27,048 bases of DNA from Candidatus Aenigmatarchaeota archaeon (GCA_044343545.1 JAWBZR010000008.1:1-27048); one strand, 5' to 3'. Shown: positions 17,466 through 27,048, numbered from the stretch's first letter. The notes: a model not told the origin generated them from the sequence alone. Program-made: numbers and translations.

Positions 17466-19136
17466 TTAACCCTTTATAATATCTTCCATGGAGAGTAAAT
17501 TCTTGTCAGTATAATTCAATTCATAAATTATTATACCCTCACAACCTCCTTGGAATCTACATTGATCTAGTGATGGACCAGTCTCGTAAACCTTGACGAA
17601 ATCTGTTGGGTTATCTTCAAGATACTTTACAAAACTTATCGGATGTCTTTCGCTTAACTTGGCGTCATCCCATGATATTAAGGATTTTTGTATAAACAAA
17701 TGTGTAGCATTTTGCATATGTAAAACAGAAAGCATTAATGTCTTGTTTTTGCTCAAAACAACATCAGGCCCGCCTGCGGCTATATTTCTATCGCAATTGT
17801 ACCCGGCTGCTGGCATGTAAACTATTGCACCCAACCTTGCTTCTTTTGGCGTATTTTTTTTCACCCATTCACAAGCTTCCAAAAATGACGGGGAAAATTT
17901 TTTTACAACATTCATTACTCTCAATTTTTGATTGAAATTTAAAAAAGCCACCAAAATGATGAAAATCAAAAATATAATTGAAATCGTTTTCAAGTTTTTC
18001 TCAAAGAATTCATAAAAAAACTTCAAATAATAAGAAGATATGAGTGCAATCATAGGTGTTAATGGGATTAACCATCGTGCTGTGTCTTCCGCTCTTGACC
18101 TAAAAGCCACATAATAAATAGGTGTAAAAGAAATGAGAACTAAAAGCAATAAGATCATTTCTCTTTTTTTGAGTGTTAAAAAATATGCGACTCCCAAAAA
18201 GAAAAAGAAAGGTAAAAACCATATGAAACCATATGAAAATTCGAAATAATTTTGCAATCCCATCTTAATTGGCGTTAATTCAGTTCCCACTTCTTCTGTT
18301 CTTCCTTCAAACTGATATTTTGGATTATAGTCTATTTTTTTGAGTTGACACTTTTCAGCTGAAAAGAAGGGAATGAACGCGCTGCAAATGGGTGTTTTGT
18401 AAAAAACCAAGTTTCTTAAAAAAAATCCTGAAGTAACTAAAATAATCAAAAATAAAATTGGTAAATATTTGGTTATGATGTGTTTGATCTTTCTTTCCGA
18501 AAATAAATCGTAAATCAAAAAAGTGATAAAAATCATTGGCGACATGACATATCCAGACGTCTTACCTAAGATTAAAAGTCCGCCAAACGTTCCTGCTAAC
18601 AAAGAATATTTTTTATCATTTTGTTTTACGTATATCAAAAAACTCATTACAAAAAATGTCAAATAAAAAGTCATCAAAGCATCCTTGTAATTCAAAACGG
18701 AATAAGTGACGATTGAAGGTGTTGTGACAGTTATAATGGCTGTAATAAATGCTATTATTCTATCGCCGAACAATTTTTTTGCCAAGAAATATGAAGCATA
18801 ACCAACGCAAATCACGCCAATAAATGGAGGTAAAATTTTTATAGCAACTTCTGACCTAAATATCATGAAAAAACTTGCACCTAACAAGTGCCAGAGAGGA
18901 TTGTCAGAGACCCCAAGCTCACCTATTGGACTGCTATAATAAGGATGCCATTGAGGATAATCAACGTTCAACCCTATATATCTCTGCAACATTCCGTGAT
19001 AACCTTCATCACCGAAAGCTATAGGATTATTTAGCGTTACTCTTAACTCCAAGATGAAAAGCGTGAAAAGAAATATTGACAATGTAAGTAATTCGATGTT
19101 TTTTATCTCAAATTCAATTTCTTCCTTTTTACTCAT
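17466..19136 (-). CDS. GT-C superfamily membrane glycosyltransferase (ArnT/PMT_2, GT39/GT83-like)
   Basis: About 11-13 hydrophobic segments, FGDEGYH acidic motif after TM1, YKD loop, K in LGKTSG, soluble C-terminal domain beginning WVKKNTP. Confidence 0.85.
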   Translation of the reverse strand: MSKKEEIEFEIKNIELLTLSIFLFTLFILELRVTLNNPIAFGDEGYHGMLQRYIGLNVDYPQWHPYYSSPIGELGVSDNPLWHLLGASFFMIFRSEVAIKILPPFIGVICVGYASYFLAKKLFGDRIIAFITAIITVTTPSIVTYSVLNYKDALMTFYLTFFVMSFLIYVKQNDKKYSLLAGTFGGLLILGKTSGYVMSPMIFITFLIYDLFSERKIKHIITKYLPILFLIILVTSGFFLRNLVFYKTPICSAFIPFFSAEKCQLKKIDYNPKYQFEGRTEEVGTELTPIKMGLQNYFEFSYGFIWFLPFFFFLGVAYFLTLKKREMILLLLVLISFTPIYYVAFRSRAEDTARWLIPLTPMIALISSYYLKFFYEFFEKNLKTISIIFLIFIILVAFLNFNQKLRVMNVVKKFSPSFLEACEWVKKNTPKEARLGAIVYMPAAGYNCDRNIAAGGPDVVLSKNKTLMLSVLHMQNATHLFIQKSLISWDDAKLSERHPISFVKYLEDNPTDFVKVYETGPSLDQCRFQGGCEGIIIYELNYTDKNLLSMEDIIKG

Positions 19137-19211
19137 AAATATCGACTTTATAATTATTTGCCAGAATATTATTTATAGATTAAAATCTTTTACCTGAAAG
19201 GTGAAACTTTT

Positions 19212-20732
19212 ATGAAAATCTTGCTTATAAATTCGCCATTTAGAGTGAAAATAAGCAAAGACAGTAGATGGCCAGAGTATACAAAGTCAGGAACGCTCTA
19301 CTATCCCTTTTGGTTAGCTTATGCCACTGCGGTCATTATGGAAAAAGGTGAACATAAACCTCTTTTGATAGATGCCATAGCTAAAAAAATGAGTTTTGAA
19401 GAAAGTATGAAAAAGGTTAAAAAATTTAATCCAGACCTTGTCGTGATCGAAACGTCTACTCCCACTGCCTACTCTGACGTCAAATTTGCAGAGTTAATCA
19501 AGGAAGAATTGGGTAAGGATGTTTATACTGCCTTGTCAGGCACTTTGGCTTCCTCAAAACCTTTCGAGTTAATAAAAATGTCTGAAAGTATTGATTTTGT
19601 TATAAGGGGTGAATATGATTATACTGTCAATGAATTGGCTACGGTATTAGAAAATGAAAAAAAACCAAATAAAGTTTTGGGATTAACATATAGAAATAAA
19701 AAAGAAATACTGAATACGCCTCCCCGCCCTCTTGTCACAAACTTAGATATCATACCATTTGTCTCAAAAGCTTACAAAAAGTTTTTGAACATATTTGATT
19801 ATAGGTATGCCCTTGCCAGGTATCCCATGATTCAGATTTGGACGTCTCGAGGTTGTCCTGCCAGATGCAACTTTTGCCAATATCCACAATCATTTACAAT
19901 GCACTTGTTTAGAGCAAGATCTCCAAAAAATGTCGTAGATGAAATGGAATACATAATTGAAAATTTCCCTGCTGTCAAGGAAATTTTCTTTGAAGATGAT
20001 ACATTCACCATAAATCAGAATAGAGTCATAGAGATATGTAAGGAAATAAAAGAACGCGGCTTGCATAAATCTGGCGTGGTTTGGTCGTGCAATGTGAGAG
20101 TGCAAACAAAGTATGAAACTTTAAAGGCGATGAAAGATGCTGGCTGTAGAATAGTAATAGTAGGTTACGAATCTGGAAATGATCAAGTTTTGAGCAACAT
20201 AAGAAAAGGTGCGACGGTCAGAGAGGCTAAGAGATTCACGGTCGATGCGAAAAAAGCTGGCTTGCGTATTTTTGGTTGCTTTATGATTGGCTTGGCTGGT
20301 GATACCAGGGAAAGTATAATGGATACGTTAAAGTTAGCAAAAAAACTTAATCCTGATATGGCATTCTTTCAACAAGCAGTTCCATTTCCAGGGACAGAAT
20401 TTTATGAATGGGCGAAAATGAATGGATATTTGATAACAGAAGATTGGAGTCAATGGCTAGATAGCAATGGGAGATTAAGATGTTTGGTAAGCTATCCTTG
20501 GTTGAAAGCCGAAGAAATAGATAAGTTGAGAGATAAATTGATGCTGGAATTTTATATGAATCCTAAGCATATAGCTCAAACGATAATCAAAAACTTGCAT
20601 CCCTTGGAAGCTTCTAGAGTAGCTCTTTATGCGTTTGAATACTTAAAATATTTGATTAAAAGGAAATTTTCTCCTGATGGCGTTGCAAAAACAAATTTAG
20701 AAAACTTCCTTGGAGACAACAATGTCCTATGA
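19212..20732 (+). CDS. B12-binding-domain radical SAM protein (HpnJ-like)
   Basis: N-terminal SRWP...YYPFWLAY Rossmann-like domain, IRGEYD, TSRGCPARCNFC (CX3CX2C), EDDTF, GYESG, PFPGT; GGTGA RBS at 19200-19204. Confidence 0.9.
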   Translation: MKILLINSPFRVKISKDSRWPEYTKSGTLYYPFWLAYATAVIMEKGEHKPLLIDAIAKKMSFEESMKKVKKFNPDLVVIETSTPTAYSDVKFAELIKEELGKDVYTALSGTLASSKPFELIKMSESIDFVIRGEYDYTVNELATVLENEKKPNKVLGLTYRNKKEILNTPPRPLVTNLDIIPFVSKAYKKFLNIFDYRYALARYPMIQIWTSRGCPARCNFCQYPQSFTMHLFRARSPKNVVDEMEYIIENFPAVKEIFFEDDTFTINQNRVIEICKEIKERGLHKSGVVWSCNVRVQTKYETLKAMKDAGCRIVIVGYESGNDQVLSNIRKGATVREAKRFTVDAKKAGLRIFGCFMIGLAGDTRESIMDTLKLAKKLNPDMAFFQQAVPFPGTEFYEWAKMNGYLITEDWSQWLDSNGRLRCLVSYPWLKAEEIDKLRDKLMLEFYMNPKHIAQTIIKNLHPLEASRVALYAFEYLKYLIKRKFSPDGVAKTNLENFLGDNNVL

Positions 20733-20767
20733 AATTTATTTCTTTTTTAGCTAACTAAATTAAATCA

Positions 20768-21814
20768 ATGAAATTGCTAATAACTCACGAATTATTTCCT
20801 CCAGATGTTGTTGGCGGTGGAGAAACTTTAACATACAGGATTGCTAAGGAGCTCATTCAAAGAGGATTTCAAGTAAAAGTGTTAACTAGTGGTAATCCGA
20901 AAATAAGATATTATGAAAATATTGAAACAATTAGGGTACCGATAAATAGATACTTGATGAATTTTAGCTATCCTATAATTAAAAAGCATGCAAAAGAAGT
21001 TGATTTGATTCAAACGAGTAGCGGAAACATGTGCTTCCCTTCATATCTAGCTGCAAGGGCTGTTAAAAAACCTATTTGTTGCTACATTCATCATATTTTC
21101 GGGAGAAATTGGATATATGTGAGAGGTCCCATTCTAGGAAAAATTTTCCAACTTGCCGAAAAAATTTTTTTAACAAGAAATTACGATGCAATCATATTCC
21201 AAAATGATCTCTCTCTCAAAATTGGTAGGGAAATGGGAATTAATAGTGAGATATTTATTGTTCATCCTGGCATAGAAGCGAAAGAATATTATTTGAAAAA
21301 CGTGAAAAGAAAAACGCAGGTTTTGTTTGTAGGCAGCATGAGCATGAATAGAGGTCTTGCTAAAATAAAAGGTTTAGATGTTTTTTTGAAAGTAGCAAAA
21401 ATGATGCCCAATATAAAATTTTTAATATCAGGTGGAGGTGAGTATATAGAAAAACTAAAATCGGAAAAAAATGTAGTTTTTTTAAGAACCAAAAGCAAAC
21501 AAGAATTGATAAAGCTTTACAATGAATCCCTGATTTATTGTAAGACATCCTTGGCAGAAGGTTTTGGGCTTTCCTTGTTAGAAGCCATGGCAGGTGGATG
21601 TGCTATCATATCAACGATAGATATAGGGCAAAAAGGCATAATTGTTCAGCCAAACGATGTTAACGGGTTAAAAGAAGCGATAAGCTACTATGTGGAAAAT
21701 CCAAAAGAAGCGATAAGAGATGGTGAAGAGAATAGAAAAATAGCAAAAAAATTTAGCTGGAAAAAATATATAGATGATTTGATAAAGATTTATGAGTATA
21801 TAACTTCAAAGTGA
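20768..21814 (+). CDS. Glycosyltransferase family 4
   Basis: FPPDVVGGGE, KIKG, EGFGLSLLE; the stop overlaps the aglB GTG start (GTGA). Confidence 0.92.
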   Translation: MKLLITHELFPPDVVGGGETLTYRIAKELIQRGFQVKVLTSGNPKIRYYENIETIRVPINRYLMNFSYPIIKKHAKEVDLIQTSSGNMCFPSYLAARAVKKPICCYIHHIFGRNWIYVRGPILGKIFQLAEKIFLTRNYDAIIFQNDLSLKIGREMGINSEIFIVHPGIEAKEYYLKNVKRKTQVLFVGSMSMNRGLAKIKGLDVFLKVAKMMPNIKFLISGGGEYIEKLKSEKNVVFLRTKSKQELIKLYNESLIYCKTSLAEGFGLSLLEAMAGGCAIISTIDIGQKGIIVQPNDVNGLKEAISYYVENPKEAIRDGEENRKIAKKFSWKKYIDDLIKIYEYITSK

Positions 21815-24009
21815 ATGATGTTATGAAATTGAAAGTTGGCTTTAAGAAAGCAATGATATTTTTCCTCATACTGATAATGATGGGAATGGTTGCGCTTAGT
21901 CGCTTGCCCGGAAGAACTGACATAATTGCAGATTATGACCCTTGGTATTTCTACAGAATAAGTGAATTGCTTTATAAAAACAATTTCAAGATGCCTGAAT
22001 GGGACTTGCTATCATTCTTTCCGCCTGGAAGACCTTTCCCAAAAACGTTAGGTTACGAATATTTTGTTGTCTTGCTCTACAAGATAGAAAGCATGTTCAT
22101 AAAAATAGATTTCATGAAAGCAGCCACCTATGTACCAATAATAATGTCTGCATTAACTGTTATACCTGCTTACTTGTTAGGTAAAGAATTATCAAATGAA
22201 TGGGGTGGTTTGGCAACGGCATTGTTTATTTCGCTATCTCCCACATTCATAATGGTTTCAATGGGTAGTTACATGGATACTGATACGGTTGTTGTCTTTT
22301 ACTCGCTTCTCTCAATCTATACAATATTTTTGGCTATGAGAAAAAAAACTGTGCCGTACATTTTACTAGCTTTGCTAGCAAACATAGCTTTTATATTTAG
22401 TTGGTGGTTTGGATGGTATGTAACAACTTTCTTTTTAGCATACATACCTGCATTTTTCATGTTTAGATTGTTTGAAGGTTTCATAAGAAAAGGTAAATTT
22501 CCTTCTATGAAAAGTATATTCATCGAACTAAAACCCATGCTTCTTCCTTTGTTATCTATAATTGTTTTATTGAATGTTATAATGAATGCTTTAGGGTTCG
22601 GAAACTTTATAACATTTATATTGACTGCATCAGGATTCAGAGCTGGCGCAGAAAGCATGATTGTTAACGTGTCTGTTGCGGAATTGCAACCTATAAACAT
22701 ATTTACAAGAGAAGGTTTTCAGGCTGTGGCTGTAAGGGTTGGAATATTTCCGATGTTTTTAACTCTTTTAGGTTTGCCGATTCTGGTTATATATAAGTTG
22801 GCAAAAAAAGAATCCATATCATTCGAAGAGATATTTTTATTCATGTGGGCGCTATTCACGTTCTATACTATATTAAGTGGCGTAAGATTTTCGCTTTTAT
22901 TTGCTATAGCAGTCGCAACATCTTCTGGATATGTTATAGGCAATATAATAAGATACTTTGAAAAATCAGATGCGTTTTCAAGAGCAACATCGTATGGTTT
23001 AATATTTTTCTTTTCGTTTTTATTTGCCTCTCAGAGCCTGTCTTTAGCCTTTAATATTGGCGGAATGGGTGTTGGTAGCAATTGGGAAGATATGCTTAAC
23101 TGGTTGAAACAAAATGCTGACAAAAATGCTATAGTTTCAACATGGTGGGATCCTGGTCATATAATAGCTGGTTATACAGGATTGAGAGTGCATGCTGACG
23201 GTGCTCATTGCGGTCCTGGGGAATGCTTACCTTACAATCATAATATAAGAATACAGGATATGGGTAGAGTGTTTTCGACAAGCAATGAAAGTGAAGCTGT
23301 AGAAATATTGGAAAAATATATGCAATTGACGCCAGAGCAATGTAAAGAAGTTAAGGATTATTATTCAAAGAAAGGTATAAAAGTTCCTGAAGAGGCTTGT
23401 GAAAGGGCAAGTGAAATGTATTTCATATCAAGTGCGGACTTGATAGGAAAATTTACTTGGCTCAATTATTTTGGTGGTTATAGAGCTCCAATAAAATCTT
23501 ATTATGATTTTCAAAAAACTCCTGGTGTTTGCTGCGCTTCCACTCCTAAAACAGAACCTGGGCAAATGTCTTGCGGTGAATTTGCCTCGCAAGGTAAAGG
23601 CGTATGGGTTTGGTGCCCTTGGATATTTCAACTTTCTGATATACAAAAGGATAAAGATGGAAATAATATTTTTATTTATGATTATTCTGGTATGAAATTG
23701 ACTCTTCTACAAAAACAAAATGCCATAATAGCTTTATACAATAACAAATATCTGATAACAAAAATGGTATTCTACGATCGAGACAACAAACCGCAAATAA
23801 TTGATCTCGGATCAATAAATACTACTTTGGAAAAAATTGGTGGAGTGATGATTGTAGAACCTAACTTTAGAATTATAATATACTTCCCGGAAGAAATATC
23901 AAACAGTATTTTCTTGAAAACTTTCTTCTTCAACGGCGAAGGTCTAAAGCATTTCAAATTGGTCTATTCAAACCCTGAAATAAAAGTATACAAGGTTATT
24001 TTTGATTGA
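21811..24009 (+). CDS. aglB: Oligosaccharyltransferase AglB (STT3 family)
   Basis: DYDPWYFYR, FPPGR, DTD, SVAE (SVSE/TIXE equivalent), GVRF, WWDPG, DLIGK (DK motif), multi-TM N-terminal half. The start could be the ATG at 21823. Confidence 0.94.
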   Translation: MNDVMKLKVGFKKAMIFFLILIMMGMVALSRLPGRTDIIADYDPWYFYRISELLYKNNFKMPEWDLLSFFPPGRPFPKTLGYEYFVVLLYKIESMFIKIDFMKAATYVPIIMSALTVIPAYLLGKELSNEWGGLATALFISLSPTFIMVSMGSYMDTDTVVVFYSLLSIYTIFLAMRKKTVPYILLALLANIAFIFSWWFGWYVTTFFLAYIPAFFMFRLFEGFIRKGKFPSMKSIFIELKPMLLPLLSIIVLLNVIMNALGFGNFITFILTASGFRAGAESMIVNVSVAELQPINIFTREGFQAVAVRVGIFPMFLTLLGLPILVIYKLAKKESISFEEIFLFMWALFTFYTILSGVRFSLLFAIAVATSSGYVIGNIIRYFEKSDAFSRATSYGLIFFFSFLFASQSLSLAFNIGGMGVGSNWEDMLNWLKQNADKNAIVSTWWDPGHIIAGYTGLRVHADGAHCGPGECLPYNHNIRIQDMGRVFSTSNESEAVEILEKYMQLTPEQCKEVKDYYSKKGIKVPEEACERASEMYFISSADLIGKFTWLNYFGGYRAPIKSYYDFQKTPGVCCASTPKTEPGQMSCGEFASQGKGVWVWCPWIFQLSDIQKDKDGNNIFIYDYSGMKLTLLQKQNAIIALYNNKYLITKMVFYDRDNKPQIIDLGSINTTLEKIGGVMIVEPNFRIIIYFPEEISNSIFLKTFFFNGEGLKHFKLVYSNPEIKVYKVIFD

Positions 24010-25441
24010 ATCTTTGTAAAAGATGTTTAATTGCATCTATTTCGTCTTTAGTGAAAAAATTCAAAAAAACAAGAATTGAAAAATATATGATGAAATTTAG
24101 AGTTGTATAAAGTAGAACTAAAGTTAAGTTTTGAGGTTTAACTAAATATAGAATAATAAAAGATGTTGAAGCGATGAAGATTGATAATATTTTTCTGATA
24201 TTTATACTAAACTTGATAAATTTTTTCAATTGATTGTATGATAATAAAAGATAAAAGATTGTAGTTAACAAATAGCCGATAGCCATACCTATTTCTGAGT
24301 AAAGATGAGTTAATGGTAATGTTATTATGAGAAAAACCAACATTATAGTTACAAATATTTTTACGTATATTTTCGGTTTTCTTATTGCAAATAGTGTGTT
24401 CATAAAAATGTTTGATAGGGTAAAAAATAACGTTGAAACGGAGAGCAATGGTACTAATTTTGCTGCATCTAAAAATTTATAAGATGAAAATGATAACACT
24501 AAAAAATTTGAAAGTATCGAAAATACTATTATTAAAGGTATCACTATTAAAAGTGAGTATTTTATTGTGTTCTCTAACAAAATTGGTATAGCTTTTTTGA
24601 ATCTCGTATGAAATATTTCCGAAATTATAGGATAAATAGAAACGTTCAAAATATGTGGTATTGCTCCTATAACTGTTGAAATCATCATTGCAACACCAAA
24701 TATGCCTGTGTTTATGTTGCCTTTCAATGTTGTTATTATTGTATATTGGAAGTTAGAAAGCATAGAAATCGATAAAGTTCCTACAAAAGCAGTGAAAGCA
24801 TATTTGTATAAATCTTCGTCGAATATGCTTTTAATTTTTTTAACTTTTAATGTGGGTAGACATAGAATCAAAGTTATTATATTACTTGCAATTATTCCGA
24901 TAATTGGGCCAAAATACTTTAAACCCATAAAAAGTATAAACAAAGATATTGAAAGCTTTGAAGCAACTGAAGCCAAACCTATAATGAAATATTTTTTCAT
25001 TTCTTGTAAACTATATACTATACTGTATAGTGTTGTGCTGAAAGAACCTATAACCACATAGATGAGTAACAAATGAACTGTAATTTCAGAAACTTTTAAC
25101 AATAAAATAAGTGTTTTTTTGAATATAATAAATATAGAAATAAAAATTATGTTTGAAAAAAGAATTATAATCAGACTAACAGTTGTTATGTATTTTATTC
25201 TTTCATATTTTCTTTTCCCTTTATATTCAGAAATTAATTTTGTTAAAGCAGAAGGTAAACCTAAAGTGATGAGTGATATGATAAAGAAACCTAAACTCGT
25301 AATTGTTAAAGCTATTCCATAATCTTCTTGATCGAGAAATTTTCCTGCTATTAACCAAAATATGAAACCGCCTAAAGTTGAAATTATCCAAGAAAGAGAT
25401 ATGAAAAACACGTTTTCCAAGGCTTTTTTTTGTGGTTTCAT
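23996..25441 (-). CDS. Oligosaccharide flippase (Wzx/AglR-like, MOP superfamily)
   Basis: About 12-14 hydrophobic segments, LDQEDYG, LGLPSALTKLISEY, GIFGVA; adjacent to aglB. Confidence 0.88.
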   Translation of the reverse strand: MKPQKKALENVFFISLSWIISTLGGFIFWLIAGKFLDQEDYGIALTITSLGFFIISLITLGLPSALTKLISEYKGKRKYERIKYITTVSLIIILFSNIIFISIFIIFKKTLILLLKVSEITVHLLLIYVVIGSFSTTLYSIVYSLQEMKKYFIIGLASVASKLSISLFILFMGLKYFGPIIGIIASNIITLILCLPTLKVKKIKSIFDEDLYKYAFTAFVGTLSISMLSNFQYTIITTLKGNINTGIFGVAMMISTVIGAIPHILNVSIYPIISEIFHTRFKKAIPILLENTIKYSLLIVIPLIIVFSILSNFLVLSFSSYKFLDAAKLVPLLSVSTLFFTLSNIFMNTLFAIRKPKIYVKIFVTIMLVFLIITLPLTHLYSEIGMAIGYLLTTIFYLLLSYNQLKKFIKFSINIRKILSIFIASTSFIILYLVKPQNLTLVLLYTTLNFIIYFSILVFLNFFTKDEIDAIKHLLQRFNQK

Positions 25442-25496
25442 GACACTGCACTGTTTCTATATTTTTATATAAAAATTTTTAAAAATAGTATAAATT

Positions 25497-26327
25497 ATGA
25501 ATGAATTCTACGATTTAACAATATCAATAGTAACTTATTATGATAAAAATTATGGTTGTATAGATGATTTAATCAAATGTTTAAAAAGTATCTTAAAAAC
25601 CAAACTGAAAATTAAAATAATAATAGTTGACAATTCTAACAAAAAATTGAGTTTGGATATTTTAAAGGATAAGAGAATAGAATACATATTTAATGGAAAA
25701 AATTTAGGTTTCGGAAAAGCTCACAATGTGGCAATAAAAAAAATATTGAAAAAATCAAAATATCACTTAATATTAAATCCAGATGTTTTTTTTGAAAATG
25801 ATGTATTGTATGAGTTAAAAAAGTATATGGATTCACACAACAAGGTTGCCGCAATATCACCGAAAATTTTATATAAGAACGGCGAGATTCAATATTCTTG
25901 TAAACTCCTGCCAACACCATTGGATTTAATATTTAGAAGGTTTATTCCGTTTAAAAAATATTTGGATAAAAGAAATTTTATCTATGAATTGAGATTTACG
26001 GGTTATAAAAGAGAAATGAAAGTTCCTGTTATTTCTGGGTGTTTTATGTTTTTAAGAACAAAAATTTTAGAAAAAATAGGAGGTTTTGACGAAAGATTTT
26101 TTTTATACTTGGAGGATGTAGATTTATGTCGAAGAATTTTATATTTCGGAGATATAATATTTTACCCGAAGATATATATATTTCACAAATTTGAAAGAGG
26201 ATCTTATAAAAATATAAAACTTTTATTTATCCATATAATTTCTGCAATAAAATATTTCAACAAATGGGGATGGATAGATCGAGATAGAGACAAAACAAAC
26301 AAAAATTTTTTAAAAAGTCTTTTATGA
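25497..26327 (+). CDS. Glycosyltransferase family 2 (WbbL/rhamnosyltransferase-like)
   Basis: ISIVTY, VDNS, NLGFGKAHN, LNPD, SGCFM, GGFDERFFLYLEDVDLC. Confidence 0.92.
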   Translation: MNEFYDLTISIVTYYDKNYGCIDDLIKCLKSILKTKLKIKIIIVDNSNKKLSLDILKDKRIEYIFNGKNLGFGKAHNVAIKKILKKSKYHLILNPDVFFENDVLYELKKYMDSHNKVAAISPKILYKNGEIQYSCKLLPTPLDLIFRRFIPFKKYLDKRNFIYELRFTGYKREMKVPVISGCFMFLRTKILEKIGGFDERFFLYLEDVDLCRRILYFGDIIFYPKIYIFHKFERGSYKNIKLLFIHIISAIKYFNKWGWIDRDRDKTNKNFLKSLL

Positions 26328-27047
26328 TTTATACCATTTGTTTTTCAAAAACATATATACACCTTTTGGTAAACCTATTGACCAAGCGATTGTCCTCACA
26401 ACATATATTGTTGTCAATGGGAAAAAATCTGAAGGTTTTTTGGCGATTGTTAAAACTTGAAGCATTATGTAAAATAGGAAAAAGAATAAAAATATTGTGT
26501 AAATTGGCAAAAATGCTTCGAAAAACAAAGATAAAAATGCGAAGAAAAGAGCCAAATAGAAAACTAATAGTGTTATACCCATACTGGTCGTCGAAATGTG
26601 ATCACCCTTAATTTTATCAAAATTTTTCCAATATATCAACGGTAACATCATAGCATTTTTCATTTGTTGTTTAAAATAAGATTTTACATCAGGTCTATGA
26701 TAATGATATACGATGGCTTCAGGTACATGTTTCATTTTTCCTAACTTAGTTAATCTGTAACCGAAATCTGTTTCCCAAGACCAAATAAATCTTTCGTCGA
26801 ATTTGACTTTTCTAGCTATTTTTGTCCTAACACATAAATTCATGTCAGGCGCTCTACTAATATATTTTGGAAACCTTTTAAATCTGTTTTCAAGCTCTAA
26901 TCCTATCAGCTCTTGAAATTTATTAAGACCTTTCGGGGTTGCACAATATCCTGCTGTTGCTACTATTTCATCTGAATCAAAACCTTTTATAAGATTTTTC
27001 AACCAATTTTTATCAGCTACGCAATCGGCATTTGTATATGCTATAAA
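26322..27047 (-). CDS. Glycosyltransferase family 2 with C-terminal membrane helices, 5'-truncated by the window edge
   Basis: The frame is open to the window end (FIAYTNADCVADKNWL...); FDERF, ETDFGYR, VYHYHR, hydrophobic C-terminus. Confidence 0.88.
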   Translation of the reverse strand, partial: FIAYTNADCVADKNWLKNLIKGFDSDEIVATAGYCATPKGLNKFQELIGLELENRFKRFPKYISRAPDMNLCVRTKIARKVKFDERFIWSWETDFGYRLTKLGKMKHVPEAIVYHYHRPDVKSYFKQQMKNAMMLPLIYWKNFDKIKGDHISTTSMGITLLVFYLALFFAFLSLFFEAFLPIYTIFLFFFLFYIMLQVLTIAKKPSDFFPLTTIYVVRTIAWSIGLPKGVYMFLKNKWYKS

Positions 27048-27048
27048 T

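Noticed and set aside
19212..20732. Hopanoid biosynthesis locus
   Set aside because: No squalene-hopene cyclase or other hpn genes are present, and the context is archaeal protein glycosylation.
1..27048. CRISPR arrays, transposases, rRNA or proviral genes
   Set aside because: No repeat-spacer periodicity or recognisable motifs were seen by eye.

Overview
AT-rich, tightly packed archaeal DNA. The archaeal assignment rests on an HMf-type histone, RadA, RPA, AglB and GGTGA ribosome-binding sites. A streamlined DPANN-like lineage is my inference only. The left part (1-7.7 kb) holds a tRNA-Gly(CCC), a beta-CASP ribonuclease, small hypothetical genes, RtcA, a lysine 2,3-aminomutase (KamA family) and a histone-RPA-RadA block. 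The middle (7.7-11.7 kb) is a 1314-aa secreted, sequon-rich surface protein that appears to contain a catalytically dead gingipain (C25)-like domain. It is followed by an AT-rich gap hiding a heavily decayed FkbM methyltransferase pseudogene. The right part (12.4-27 kb) is an N-glycosylation (agl-like) cluster: four GT4, three GT2, a methyltransferase, an ArnT/PMT-like GT-C, an HpnJ-like B12-binding radical SAM enzyme, AglB and a flippase. Main oddities are C33 in the tRNA anticodon loop, missing catalytic-site residues in RtcA, the pseudo-protease, a frameshifted membrane protein gene and the HpnJ-like enzyme two genes upstream of aglB. I saw no CRISPR array or transposase. All family assignments are by-eye motif recognition, not database searches.
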